From: Chrysomallon squamiferum
Lineage: Eukaryota > Animalia > Mollusca
DNA: 64,000 nucleotides
NCBI GenBank assembly: GCA_012295275.1
Contig: CM022674.1
Span: 16,740,001-16,804,000, forward strand
Direction of reading: 5' to 3'
The notes under the pieces were generated by a model that was not told the origin of the DNA, did not search any database, and worked only from the letters and a program-made list of their open reading frames with translations. This document shows positions 17,561 through 35,724 of the stretch, in pieces (the first letter of the stretch is position 1; every line of letters begins with the position of its first letter). Made by a program: the position numbers and the translations under genes.

Positions 17561-18330
17561 CAACAAGAACAATACAAATTATAACCTTAGTAAATACATT
17601 ATGTGATCTAACCAAAAATACTTAAATATACTGAACAAATCTCGAAACAATTTGTTTTTCTTTTATTGTTCATTCATTACTGATGCCTTATTGGATACTG
17701 TGTTCGGAGAAACAGCAGATTATGTTATTCAGCTGAGAGCTCCTGCCAGAACCTAGTTTTATTTATTTAACGTCTGAGGAAAAAATTAAGCAACTAACGT
17801 AATGAATAATAAAAATAGCTTGCCGTATGTCAATATATCTGACCTACTTTCGTTCAACCGATAACTATAGCTGGACTGTTTCTTCCTTATCTTTCTTACG
17901 TCATTATATTAGTATTTCAGACTAAAGTTAATTACAGTAACAACAACAATAGTTTTAATAGAAATAAATAAATAAATCAGTTACAAATATCTGTTTCAAT
18001 ATTTTAAACTAATATATATAGATATATATATACAAAGACAAAGAGTAAGACAGTGACACTTTTAGTATTCTGCAGCTTTAGTAACTAAGACTAATATTCT
18101 ATGCCTGGGGTACCCGGTATGTACTTCTCTGTTTAATCACCGAACTTTGTTAGATGCACTTTATCCTTACAAATATCATTAGCACAAATCGTGAAAAAAT
18201 ATTTAAATATTCAGTAAAATGTCTGCTGATAAGGTCATGATCGAAATTGCAAGACCACATAACTTAGCTTTCATTAGTTAATACCTATTTATTTATTTCA
18301 ATTTATTTATTTATTTATTTTAATTTAATT
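16350..18330. repeat. Direct duplication upstream of PARP copy A (16350-17400 vs 17660-18330, second copy internally deleted); single homologue at 28250-29350
   Basis: Shared attcattcatta.tgatgc...ggagaaacagca and aagagtaaga.agtgacacttttagt...gcctggggtacccggtatgtacttct blocks. Confidence 0.8.
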
Positions 18331-19013
18331 TATTTATTATTATTAGTAGTAGTAGTATTATTAGTATTACTATCGCTATTATTATTAGTAGTAGCAGTAG
18401 TAGTAGTACTAGTAGTAGTATTTTAATTTTATATATTTATTTATTTATTTATTTATTTTTTTTATACATGAGGGGAAACTATTTTACACTGATTTTCAGT
18501 TGGCTATTTGATGTTTATAATTTTATTTTCAGTGAATTTAAACATGTACAAGAAAGAGGTACTATGCTTAGCAGATATAATTTTACAAATCGAACTCAAA
18601 CTGACCAAAGTTTTGATTATTCAGTATTAAATGTATTAAAAACAAACAAAAAAGTCAATGTTATATGTATGTAGTGATCAAAACGCAATAGCTGGTGAAG
18701 AGGTAAGAGAAATCACTGATTCCCTGCTATGTACAATTTCAGAACTATGTCTTTCATTGATGATTCTGAAGATAGTTTTGCCTTTGAAACAAGTGGGTCG
18801 CAGTACCAAGATGATTTTCCAGAACATGACAATCAGTGCAGATATTCAGAACAAAGGTCAGTGTCACAGACTTCATCCTGTTCTGCAACCTCCGAAGGAG
18901 TAGATGCAGATGAAACCTTCTAAAGATTCGAAAATACGAAAGGCAGAGAAAGGCAAAGTGTTAGATTTAGAGGTGGAGGACAAAGTGGTGGTTTTCGTAG
19001 AGGAAGAAGAGAA

Positions 19014-20411
19014 ATGGGTGATTCTAATAAAGACACACAAGAAACGGGAAGGGACAGAAGAAGAAGAGGTGAAATGCTTAGCAGCCATAATCCTACATAC
19101 AGTTTTCAGACAGACCAATTGTTAAAAGAAAGAACAGTTTCACAGACTAGTCTCTGGTATTCAACTTCTGGAGAGTATCAGACTGATGATATTGAAACAG
19201 CAGCTGCTTATAGAAGGACATTGCGATTCGGAAGCTATTTCACAGCCAAACAACCAGAAAAAGAAGGTTTAACAGGGCGAACAAAATCACAATCAAGTCT
19301 CTGTTCTTCCTCCACTACTGGTGATCTGGATAACACTGAATATGGTCATAGTGAGGACCAGGAGAAGGAAAATGAAATTATTTCCAAAGTGTTCAGCATT
19401 CTTCTTGAAAAGTTTAATGGACGTGCAGAGTTCTCCAAACTGAGGAAGGAAAACAGTCTTCCTGTAGAAGCTAAACATGTTTCATGGTTTTATAAACATA
19501 AAAAACACTTTTTGATTTTCACAAACGATTGCAAAATTAAAATGGTTTCTGTGTTTTCAAAATATGCCAGAACCTGTCATTATTACAATATATTTCAGTG
19601 TAGAAAAAAAGACTGCAGGTTTCTTCACATATGTACAGACTTTGTACTACGTCAGTGTAAACACGGCACAAGTCATTGTCTTTCACATAACTTTTTTGAC
19701 ACGAGAAATAAGAATCGCATTGAGCAGATAGGTTTGGGATTTTTGAAAAATAAGGACATAGCCAAGGTTGTGAGATGCAGCACCCTTGAATGGTGTGAAG
19801 AATATCAGAGAGGTATCAAACATGATAAATATTGTCCACTCATTCATGTCTGTAGAAAAGAGGACTGCAATAAGAGGTGTGGCTTGGAACATAACATCCA
19901 GTCATCTGAACACAACCAGTGGGTGCTTTCAGTGTTTCATATGAATCACTATAGAGTTCCTATACTTGAACAAATGCTTCTTTGCAAACTTAATGAGAAT
20001 GATCAAAGGAATGAAAAAAGAGGTTCAGAGGACTATAAATCTTGTGATGAAAGCACAACACCAAAGAACAGCATCAGGGTTGCAGACAGGAACACACCCG
20101 TGTATTCCGTGAAAACAAGCTTGTCACTTTCACAGCACAAACAACTTCACGTGAACGTGAGAGAATATCCGGCTCAGATTTCAGAGCAGAAACAACTTAA
20201 TATGCAAGTGAATTACAATGAAATAGGTTTCCTCTGTGAGAAATGTGTCTGGAGTCAGTGTGTAATACATTCAAATAAACACAAACAAAGATGCCTGCCT
20301 TACCAATGGCAGATGGAGATTTGTGACAAATGGGTCAACTTTGACATCGTGGAAAATGAGATGATCGAGCAGTGTTTTTGCAGTCTGAAGTTAGATACAG
20401 GAAACATAAAG
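19014..20411 (+). CDS. PARP12: ZAP/PARP12-like gene copy A, large exon: N-terminal helical domain, CCCH fingers 1-4, linker, degenerate finger 5 and start of WWE1
   Basis: Fingers CHYYNIFQCRKKDCRFLH, CTDFVLRQCKHGTSHCLSH, CEEY..CPLIH and CRKEDCNKRCGLEH; then LPYQWQ...W...ENEMIEQCFC. Acceptor at 18532, donor AAG/GTAAAC at 20411. An in-frame upstream extension from ATG 18729/18747 is broken by TAA at 18921. The symbol denotes architecture, not proven orthology. Confidence 0.85.
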
Positions 20412-20814
20412 GTAAACATAAAAACAACCAGACCTGATAATTGAAATGTTATTGATATGTAATAAAGTTTAAGGTTTAACAACACTGATATATCTGAATG
20501 TTGCTCTGCTGTGCTTTTGTTTCAGTGCACATCCTTAAGAAAGTACTGCCAGCTGGATCAGTGCCGCTTGGACCCTCATCTAACCGGTGTCACAAGCTCT
20601 TCTATTGATGAAGACGTACGCATTCAAAAATCCTTTGAAAAATAGTAGTTCATTAAGCCATCTGAGAAGATTATCTCTCTAGTCTTATGTGTAGAACTTT
20701 ACTAATTTTATTACTTACTACTGCACAACAAATATGTTAGAATGTCATAACTCTTAATCGTATTGCAATTGTACTATTACATTCTGTACCACGACTAATA
20801 ATTTTATATTTCAG

Positions 20815-21024
20815 TTTTCAATCGCCAGTAAGTTTATGCCAATTGTTGTTGATTTTGACTTAATGAGAGCTTCTGTTTCTGTGCAACTGAGAAAGGTTGA
20901 GGTCAAAGTTCAGCGTCTTTCAACAGCATCGTATGTCACTGGACAAGAAGACAACTTCACACAGCTCACACAGTGGTGTTGGTATTTTGATGCAGGCCTC
21001 GGAAATTGGCTGCATTATGAACCA
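20815..21024 (+). CDS. PARP12: ZAP/PARP12-like copy A exon (WWE1 end, WWE2 start)
   Basis: Encodes VDFDLM...VQRLSTASYV...TQWCWYFDAGLGNWLHYEP; tttcAG/GTGAAT; 210 nt, phases 0 and 0. Confidence 0.9.
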
Positions 21025-21373
21025 GTGAATGTTCACTTAATTTTATTCTTTATCTTGTTTAGTCTTTTTTCACAAAAAATTAAGGAAAACAAAAAGACAG
21101 GACACCTCAGCATTATATGTAAGAGAGATGTATAATATTTTTTTAATGTTTGTATGAGCATAAAATAAAACGTTATAAAAAAGTAGTTCAAAGAAAATAA
21201 TAAATTAGAAAAAAAAAGAAAGAAAGAAAAGGTTAAAATCTTCATATGAATGCCTAAAACATGGTGTTTCTAATATATTATTAATTTGCATATCTCATAT
21301 ATCGTACCCATAAGATATATCACATTATACACACTACAGTATTATATAAAACAACATATTGTTCTTGTTATAG

Positions 21374-21567
21374 GAAAGTCTGCAGTATACTCTTGAAATT
21401 AAGTACTTGGCTGCGCAACCATTTTATAATTTTGAAACAGAAGAATTTCAGTATGAAATAAATTTTAGCCAAATGACCCAAACAAACCAGAAAACATTAA
21501 AACAAAGACGACTGCTAAGGAGACCTGCTTTTGTTTCCATTGATGATGTACAGAGACAAAAAAAAGT
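21374..21567 (+). CDS. PARP12: ZAP/PARP12-like copy A exon (WWE2)
   Basis: Encodes ESLQYTLEIKYL...YEINFSQMTQTNQKTLKQRRLLRRPAFVS; tatAG/GTAAGT; phases 0 and 2. Not in the ORF track. Confidence 0.9.
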
Positions 21568-21909
21568 GTAAGTAGAAAAATATTGTACAACACAAATAAA
21601 TTTGGATTAAAATATTTTGTTCCGCATATTCTCTTGTTTTACATTTTAGATTTTAATATTGTCTATCTTGAACCTATATCTCATTATTCTATTTCATTTT
21701 CTAAAACACGTCATTTTCCTGTGTTTCTCATTTATAATCTCTGCTAATGAGTCTGTGTTATTTCCTCTGATGAAGTACAGAGACAAGAAAATGTGTAAAA
21801 AGAAAAGTATTCTAACAGAACAATAATTTTGGATTTCCCTTATTTAAATTTTATAATTTTTAATTTTTAAAAAATCATTTCTTTCGTTATACTATATCTC
21901 ATTATCCTG

Positions 21910-22018
<109 letters not shown>

Positions 22019-22053
22019 ATAATTTATTTTTATTATATACAATAAAAATGCAG

Positions 22054-22293
22054 ATATCATCCATGTCTTTCGTCCAAGAAGCTTGCATGTTCACCAACTC
22101 TCCCAGACAACTGGTGGCCTTTAGACTGTTACCAACCAGTGGAAATGGTGAAACTAAAACTTGATGACTTTAGCAAAGATGAAGAGGTGAAAACTATGAT
22201 GAAATTATTTTTCTCTACCATGAACAAATCCGAAGTAATATTGAAATCTTTGTATCGGATCCAGAATCTACGAATGTGGGAAAAATACTGTAG
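22054..22293 (+). CDS. PARP12: ZAP/PARP12-like copy A exon (start of PARP catalytic domain)
   Basis: Encodes LPDNWWP...EVKTMMKLFFSTM...LYRIQNLRMWEKYC; gcAG/GTAAGA; phases 2 and 2. Confidence 0.9.
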
Positions 22294-22349
22294 GTAAGAG
22301 TCCTCATTTGTTTTGATGTTTACATACAATGCAATAACCTAAATATATT

Positions 22350-22630
22350 CAGATAGAGGTATTTAATCAGTATGTTCTCATAAAATAAATTAATCAGTGA
22401 TAGATCATTAAACAGTATCTTCTCCTTAAATAAATAATCTATGACATATATTTAATCAGTATCTTCTCCTTAAATAAATAATCAGTGATAGGTATTTAAT
22501 CAGTATGTTCTCATTAAATAAATAATCAATGATAGATATTTAATCAGTATGATCTCATTAAATAAATAATCAGCGATAGATATTAAATTATTATTTTCTA
22601 GAGCTAATTAAATAAATGACAGATTTACAA
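22350..22630. repeat. Intronic 44-bp minisatellite (homologues at ~34700-35030 and ~54440-54750)
   Basis: Unit taaataaataatcagtgatagatatttaatcagtatgttctcat. Confidence 0.75.
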
Positions 22631-23516
22631 TATATAAGGGTAGATACATGGTATATTTCAGTAGCGTTGGAAACAAACAATAGATTTCTAACGCCAGCAA
22701 TAAGAGATTAATCAATTTGTTAATTGGTGTTGACTGATAAAATGGTGCAGATGAATATTTAAGCTCATTTCAGAATTGTGTATTTGACATCCTCAATATG
22801 ATGACTTCTTGAATAGCTTGGCTACTGGTTACCTTTATTTTCTGTTCGCTTTCTCCACTTATATTTTTACTCTTACTTTTTTCGATTTTACATTTTTTAT
22901 TTTCATGTTGCATACTCATGTTTCTTTAGCAATAATTAAGAGTGATAAAACAGATAAAATAACTTTTAAAATCCAATACACAGTATATATTTTCACTTAG
23001 AACTGAAGAACACGAATTTCGTTTCCACACATGCATGTGTTAGATGTTTAATATTCTAGCAATAATTAATTAAATGATTGATTTACAATTGGAAATGGTA
23101 CATATTGTCTTTCCTTCCGTAATTTTGGAAACAAGCAATTATTTCAGCAGCCAGCAATAGAAAATTAATCAATTTCTTAAAAGAAAGTCTTTGTAGATAA
23201 CTCATTCGTATCCATATACTGATTGTAAGTGATTGGTACCAAAATATTGATGATAGAAAATGTATCAGTATGTTTGTCAAAGAAATAGTTACAATCCATC
23301 TGTTAAGGATTGAAAATAATCACTCTATAGGAACAGTGATTATTAGAAATATATTTGATAACCAGCATTATGGAAGAGTTATAAAATTGTGACGCCTTAA
23401 GTAGCATCAATTATTATCCCACACACTATGACAGATGATAAACTAATGTAAAATATATTACCTAGTGCGCAGTAAGCAAAAATATTTTTAAATATTATTT
23501 TTCTTTTCTTCTGCAG

Positions 23517-25640
23517 TATGAGAAAAGTAATGTCGATGAACACAGATGATAAAGGAGATATTAACGAAAGATTTCTATTTCATGGAACTAGTGACGACAT
23601 CAATGTCATACGTGGAATCTGCCACAACAACATTGATTTCAGGCTGAACGGCAAAAATGGAACAGTTTACGGCAAAGGGGCTTATTTCGCCCAGGATGCC
23701 AAATACAGCCACTGCTACACCACAGGATCACATTGCTTCATGTTCATTTCAAAGGTTCTTGTAGGCCAGTATGCTAAAGGTGAAAGTTCCTACTGCCGGC
23801 CTCCTTCTAGGAAAGGACATGTTCTTTATGATTCTTGTGTCGATGATGTAAACCATCCATCAATTTTTGTAATCTTTGACACTTCCCAGAGTTACCCAGT
23901 GTTTCTTCTTGAATATTCTGTGAAGACAAGGCCAGAATTGTCTTCATCAAGCACTTCAGTACCTATTTTTCAGGCCTCTACTCCTACCAGAAATATTCAA
24001 ATGCACACTTCAGTTAGCAGTACAGCCAGCATTCAACAACCATTTCACAGTTCTACTTCTTCAGTAAACACTTCCAACACTTCACCAGTATTTCAGAGTT
24101 CAGCTTCTGCAGCAAACACTCCTAACACAAAACTAAGATTTCACAGATCTTCTTCTACAGTAAACACTTCCAGCACTTCACCAGTGTTTCAGAGTTCAGC
24201 TTCTGCAGCAAACACTCCTAACACAAAACTAAGATTTCACAGATCTTCTTCTGCAGCAAACACTCCTAACACAATACTAAGATTACACAGATCTACTTCT
24301 ACAGTAAACACTTCTAACACTTCACCAGTGTTTCAGAGTTCAGCTTCTACAGCAAACACTTCCAACGGAAAACTAACATTTCACAGTTCTGCTTCTACAG
24401 TAAACACTTCCAAGACTTCACCAGTATTTCAGAGTTCTGCTTCTTCAGTAAACACTTCCAACACTTCACCAGTATTTCAGAGTTCAGCTTCTACAGCAAA
24501 CACTTCCAACGCAACACTAACATTTCACAGTTCTGCTTCTACAGTAAACACTTCCAGCACTTCACCAGTGTTTCAGAGTTCAGCTTCTACAGCAAATACT
24601 TCCAACGCAACTCTAACATTTCACAGTTCTGCTTCTACAGTAAACACTTCTAACACTTCACCAGTATTTCAGAGTTCAGCTTCTACAGCAAACACTTCCA
24701 ACGGAAAACTAACATTTCACAGTTCTGCTTCTACAGTAAACACTTCCAACACTTCACCAGTATTTCAGAGTTCTGCTTCTTCAGTAAACACTTCCAACAC
24801 TTCACCAGTATTTCAGAGTTCAGCTTCTACAGCAAACACTTCCAACAAACAACACTAACATTTCACAGTTCTGCTTCTACAGCTTCTACAGTAAACACTT
24901 CCAGCACTTCACCAGTGTTTCAGAGTTCAGCTTCTACAGCAAACACTTCCAACGCAACACTAACATTTCAGTTCAGTTCTTCTACAGTAAACACTTCTAC
25001 AGTAAACACTTCAACACTTCACCAGTATTTCAGAGTTCAGCTTCTACAGCAAACACTTCCAACGCACACACTAACATTTCACAGTTCAGAGTTGCTTCTA
25101 CAGTCTAACACTTCAAACACTTCTACAGTAAACAACACTTCACCAGTATTTCAGAGTTCAGCTTCTACAGCAAATATTTCCAACGCAACACTAACATTTC
25201 ACAGTTCTGCTTCTACAGTAAACACTTCCAACAATTCACCAGTATTTCAGAGTTCTGCTTCTACAGTAAACACTTCCAACAATTCACCAGTATTTCAGAG
25301 TTCTGCTTCTTCAGTAAACACTTCCAACACTTCACCAGTATTTCAGAGTTCAGCTTCTACAGCAAACACTTCCAACGCAACACTAACATTTCACAGTTCT
25401 GCTTCTACAGTAAACACTTCCAGCACTTCACCAGTGTTTCAGAGTTCAGCTTCTACAGCAAATACTTCCAACGCAACACTAAGATTACACAGTTCTGCTT
25501 CTTCAGTAAACACTTCCAACACTTCACCAGTATTTCGGTTTTCAGCTTCTACAGCAAACACTCCCAACACAACACTAAGATTTCGTAGATCTACTTCTAC
25601 AGCAAACACTTCCAAGACTTCACCAGTATTTCAGAGTTAA
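23517..25640 (+). CDS. PARP12: ZAP/PARP12-like copy A last exon: mono-ADP-ribosyltransferase core plus 16-aa Ser/Thr repeat tail
   Basis: NERFLFHGT, YGKGAYFA, KVLVGQY, YDSCVD and PSIFVIF..QSYP give an H-Y-I triad. As assembled, the frame stops at 24858 after an indel in the repeat. The repeat frame resumes and ends at TAA 25638-25640, which is also present in the inverted copy at 63671. Confidence 0.88.
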
Positions 25641-25712
25641 GCTTCTACAGCAAAAACTTCCAGCACAACACCAACATTTTACAGATCTGCTTCTACAGTA
25701 AATACTCCGAAC
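24040..25712 (+). repeat. Coding 48-bp minisatellite (~34 units) with alternating 96-bp higher-order structure
   Basis: Alternating SSASTVNTSNTSPVFQ and SSASTANTSNATLTFH units. Confidence 0.92.
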
Positions 25713-26638
25713 AGGTAACAAAAGAAAGCGATTTGTGATTCTCGGATTATTTTTCTTCTTTTTAAAAAAAAAACGCTGTTTGACACTTATTTTTTTTTTA
25801 GTATTTCTTTTTTGAATTTTTTTTTTTTTTTTTTTTTTGCCAACACTTTTGTTGTTTAGGCCAGGGACATCGTAACACACAGGAATACTGGAAACTTGCC
25901 CAGGGTCACTATAGCATAGGAGGACCCTGTATGTTGAGACTTATTGTTAATAGATAAATACTATGATATACAATACTATACAGTACTGTACTATACTATA
26001 TTATACTATATTATACTATACTGTACTATACTATACTATCGTATACTATACTATACTATTCTATACTCTCAGTATTTGTCATAAAAATGCATATTTAATA
26101 TATGTTTTACTAAAGATAATGAATAATATTATTTGTTTATGATAACAAGAGTATGTATGGCGTCAGTGAACTGTTTTACCTGCAGGGCTGTAATCTACAG
26201 TTAAGATATGTTTTGTTTATTTTGTTTCTGATGCGGAAGGATTTGTTTGGTCTGGTGCAACGAAAAATACAATAAAAACAGAGTCCTTTTTTATTTCATA
26301 TTTCATCTAGGCGTTTCATTTTATACTCACAAGTAGATTAGTTAAGCCTTGACTTTACTGTAGACTGAGATTTATATTACAAGGTTGTAGAGGGTAAATT
26401 ACAGAGGTATAGTAGGCCTGTAGGATATGGTAAGAACTAAATTGAAAGGGTGTATGGGTCAGTAGGATACACAAAGGATTACATTATGGGGTGAATGAGT
26501 CACTAGGATTCACAAAGGATTACATCTTAACATAATGCTCAAATAATTATATTACAATGTAAAAGTCAGGTAAAATATGTTAAAGAAATGTGTCATAATT
26601 TACAGGGATGGATTGGTCAAAGTGTACTGGTCACATTA

Positions 26639-26682
<44 letters not shown>

Positions 26683-27952
26683 AACACACACACACACACA
26701 AGAGTAATGCATTTATTATTAGTAGTAGTAGTATTATTATGAAAGCCAATTGATAATTTTAAATAAATAAATGAAATAATTTCTTATATGCATTTATATT
26801 AACATAATGTAGATTCTTGATTATTAATCAACAATAAATAATATTTAGCGAATTGTTTTCTGTTTTAAAACAATTTCTTATTATACCACAATTTGACTAT
26901 TTTCTGAAGTTAGCATTTAAAGGTTGTGTAAATTTCTATACCCAACAAATACTAATTGGAAAATATATAAAATGTTAACTAAAAAATGCTTTTTTCCCAT
27001 TCTAGATAGATTATGCAAAAAATAATTACTAAATACTTTTTTGTCCTTGTATCTTTTTTTTTTTTTTTTTTTTTTTTCATTTAACCATTTTTTTTTTTTT
27101 AAACTAGCATTAACAACAAAATGCTGTAACTGGAAAAGTGTACTGACCGAATTCAATTAAGGTACATAAAGTGATTTTTAGGAGAAAAAAAACAAAAAAA
27201 CCACACACACACTTTATACGTTTAGTTTAGTTGTTTTCGAAAAGCAAAATAATAATGTTTGAAACTGTCTACAGTTTATTGTTTAAATGTGATCCATGGC
27301 TGTTTCACGTCTAAACACCACAACACAGATCCTGAAACATCTAAGCATTAGATTCTAATTATTTACAGTATTTACTTTTATAATAATCTTTTGTTATTAT
27401 TAACACTGGGACATTTAACCCTCCTGACCTTATTTTCATATTATCAGTGAACCCCATAGTTTGCTTTAAAACAAAAACACCCCAAAAATTGGCAAATGTC
27501 ACTTATAACAGAATATATAATTATTAATTAACTATGTTCAAACAATTAGTTATAGAAAATAATATTTTGATAAATGAACCAAAAAAGTGAGGTAAGTTTC
27601 AGTTCTGTTTCGCTGGATGACTGCATTAATACTAATCAGTGTGTTTATAAAAGGTTGTGGTTTGTGCTTTTCTGTATATGGAAAGATGCACATAAAACTT
27701 TAAGATTATATTAAAACTCAGTTAATACTTAGGGATTAAAATGTTGTTTTTTTTTCTGAGCGAGACATTAAACAGTTCCTTGTTTATAATGATAAAAATT
27801 ACAGCAAGTAAATACAACAAAATAAAATAACTGAAAATGAAAGCGTACAGATTAAGAAATAAAATAAGTTTCCATCTGAAATCTATATTTTCCTTCTTTA
27901 GTTTCAATACTTATAGTAAATAAATTCTACGCTTACCGAACAGCAGCCATTA

Positions 27953-28246
27953 CTACAAAGGAATCCCTGGCAGCCGTGCTCTTTGTAGATTGCATCTCTG
28001 ATTGTCGAATATCATCTCATTATCGAACTCGGGGAAAACCTCGTCTTCAGAATCACTCAAACTCTCTTCAAGAACTTCCTTCTCAGCTTGTCGGTTGCTG
28101 CTGCATCCGTGTAACAATAGCTCTGACGTCATCTCCACTATGACGTCCCAAGCATAGGTGATATCTTTGTCGCAGGCTCTTTCAGCGCAAATGGCGAACC
28201 GAATAACGAACTGTTCGTTGATTAACGTTGGTGTCATGTGTAGTTT
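27953..28246 (-). pseudogene. Second TDC/AADC-like last-exon fragment
   Basis: KLHMTPTLINEQFVIRFAICAERACDKDITYAWDVIVEMTSELL followed by an acidic tail. Homologous to 14130-14260; truncated at the 5' end with no acceptor. Confidence 0.75.
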
Positions 28247-29477
28247 TAGTTATTTAATTTTTGGAGCAAATGCTGAGCCACTGTACACTATACATTAACA
28301 CCTCTAAATTAACAAACAGACCAAACGAAGAAACAAACAAACAAACCAAACCAAACAAACAATCAAATAAACAAATCTAACGAATCATATACAACTATTG
28401 CAGGTTCGGTTGTCAGCGCATATGCCATGGCTGGAAATTGAAACCCGTTTGCCATGATATGGAACTTAACGAACAGTCTACGCAAGAATGCGCAGCAATA
28501 TCAGATAATCAGTGTGAACAAGAAACGAAAGTAGAAACGTCCGACAGATCAGGTGACCTGATATTTTCATCACACAAGTAATTCAGGTCGTTCATATGTC
28601 TTTATCAGAAGATAAAACCAGGTGATAACAATCTGAACTCTTGCATGTATACATATACATATTATTATTATTATTAATTTTATTTTGTTTTATTTATTAT
28701 TTGTTTTATTATTAATTTAGGCCCATTTACATGAAGGATGTCAAACTGGCCCAATATTGAATTCAGGATGGGCGAGATCGCAGTATAATCAGTTTCTGCG
28801 TGGACGAAACCGCTCTATATTTATATCAAAGTAGACACTATTTATAATGATTATAACAAGTTTATATGTGTATGTTTTGTTTTTCCTCCGCTTGTTTGTC
28901 TGTGTGTGCGTGTGTGTCTGTGTATATGTTTCTGATCTTAAAAAAAGAAAACAAAGAAAGAAATGGTAAAGAAAAGAACTAAAACAACGACAGACAACCT
29001 GTCGCGATCAGTATCGACACACTATAGGATACCCGATTACTATCGTGTTATGTTGAACTGGGCGTACAGGACTAAAGTCCATTAAAGATAAACAATAAGA
29101 ACGTTACACTTTTAGTATTGTGCAAACTCTAATAACTAAGGCTGATATTCTATGCCTGGAGTAACTGGTATGTACTTCCTTATTTAATTGTTAAACTATG
29201 TTAGTTGTTCTCTCTCCTTACAAACACAACTAGTAGCATAAGAATAAATCGCAAAAAAATATTTAAATATTTAGTAAAATGTCCTCTGATAAGGCCATGA
29301 TCGAAATTGCAAGCTTACATAAATTATGTAACTTAGCTTTCATTGGTTAATATTTATTTATTTATTTGTTTTTAGATTGTTAGTTTGTTTCTTTATTTCT
29401 TTGTTTAATTATTTATTTATTTGTCTCTTTCTTTCTTTCGTGCTTGTTTGTTTATTTGTTTAATTATTATCATTATT

Positions 29478-29508
<31 letters not shown>

Positions 29509-29586
29509 AACACGATGGAAGTCTATTTTATACTTATTATTTTTAATCATCGCTTGTCTATTTTATATTGTTAATTTTATTTTCAG

Positions 29587-35677
<6,091 letters not shown>

Positions 35678-35724
35678 TGAAATCAATTCCTCCCTCCATT
35701 TCTGCATCCACCGTTCCCTCCACC

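Noticed and set aside
20500-20700. GC-richer insert in PARP A intron 1, absent from copy B; possible cassette exon or small transposon
   Set aside because: No convincing donor, terminal repeats or recognisable protein motif.
24040-25640. Mucin-like secreted glycoprotein (many NxS/T sequons)
   Set aside because: Contiguous and in frame with a cytosolic-type PARP domain; no signal peptide.
25858-25945. Possible SINE fragment (acttgcccagggtcac resembles a CORE-SINE motif)
   Set aside because: Match too short, with no A/B boxes or tail recognisable by eye.
27953-28237. Stand-alone 94-aa small protein gene
   Set aside because: The Met is the internal KLHM residue of a decarboxylase domain; better explained as an exon fragment.
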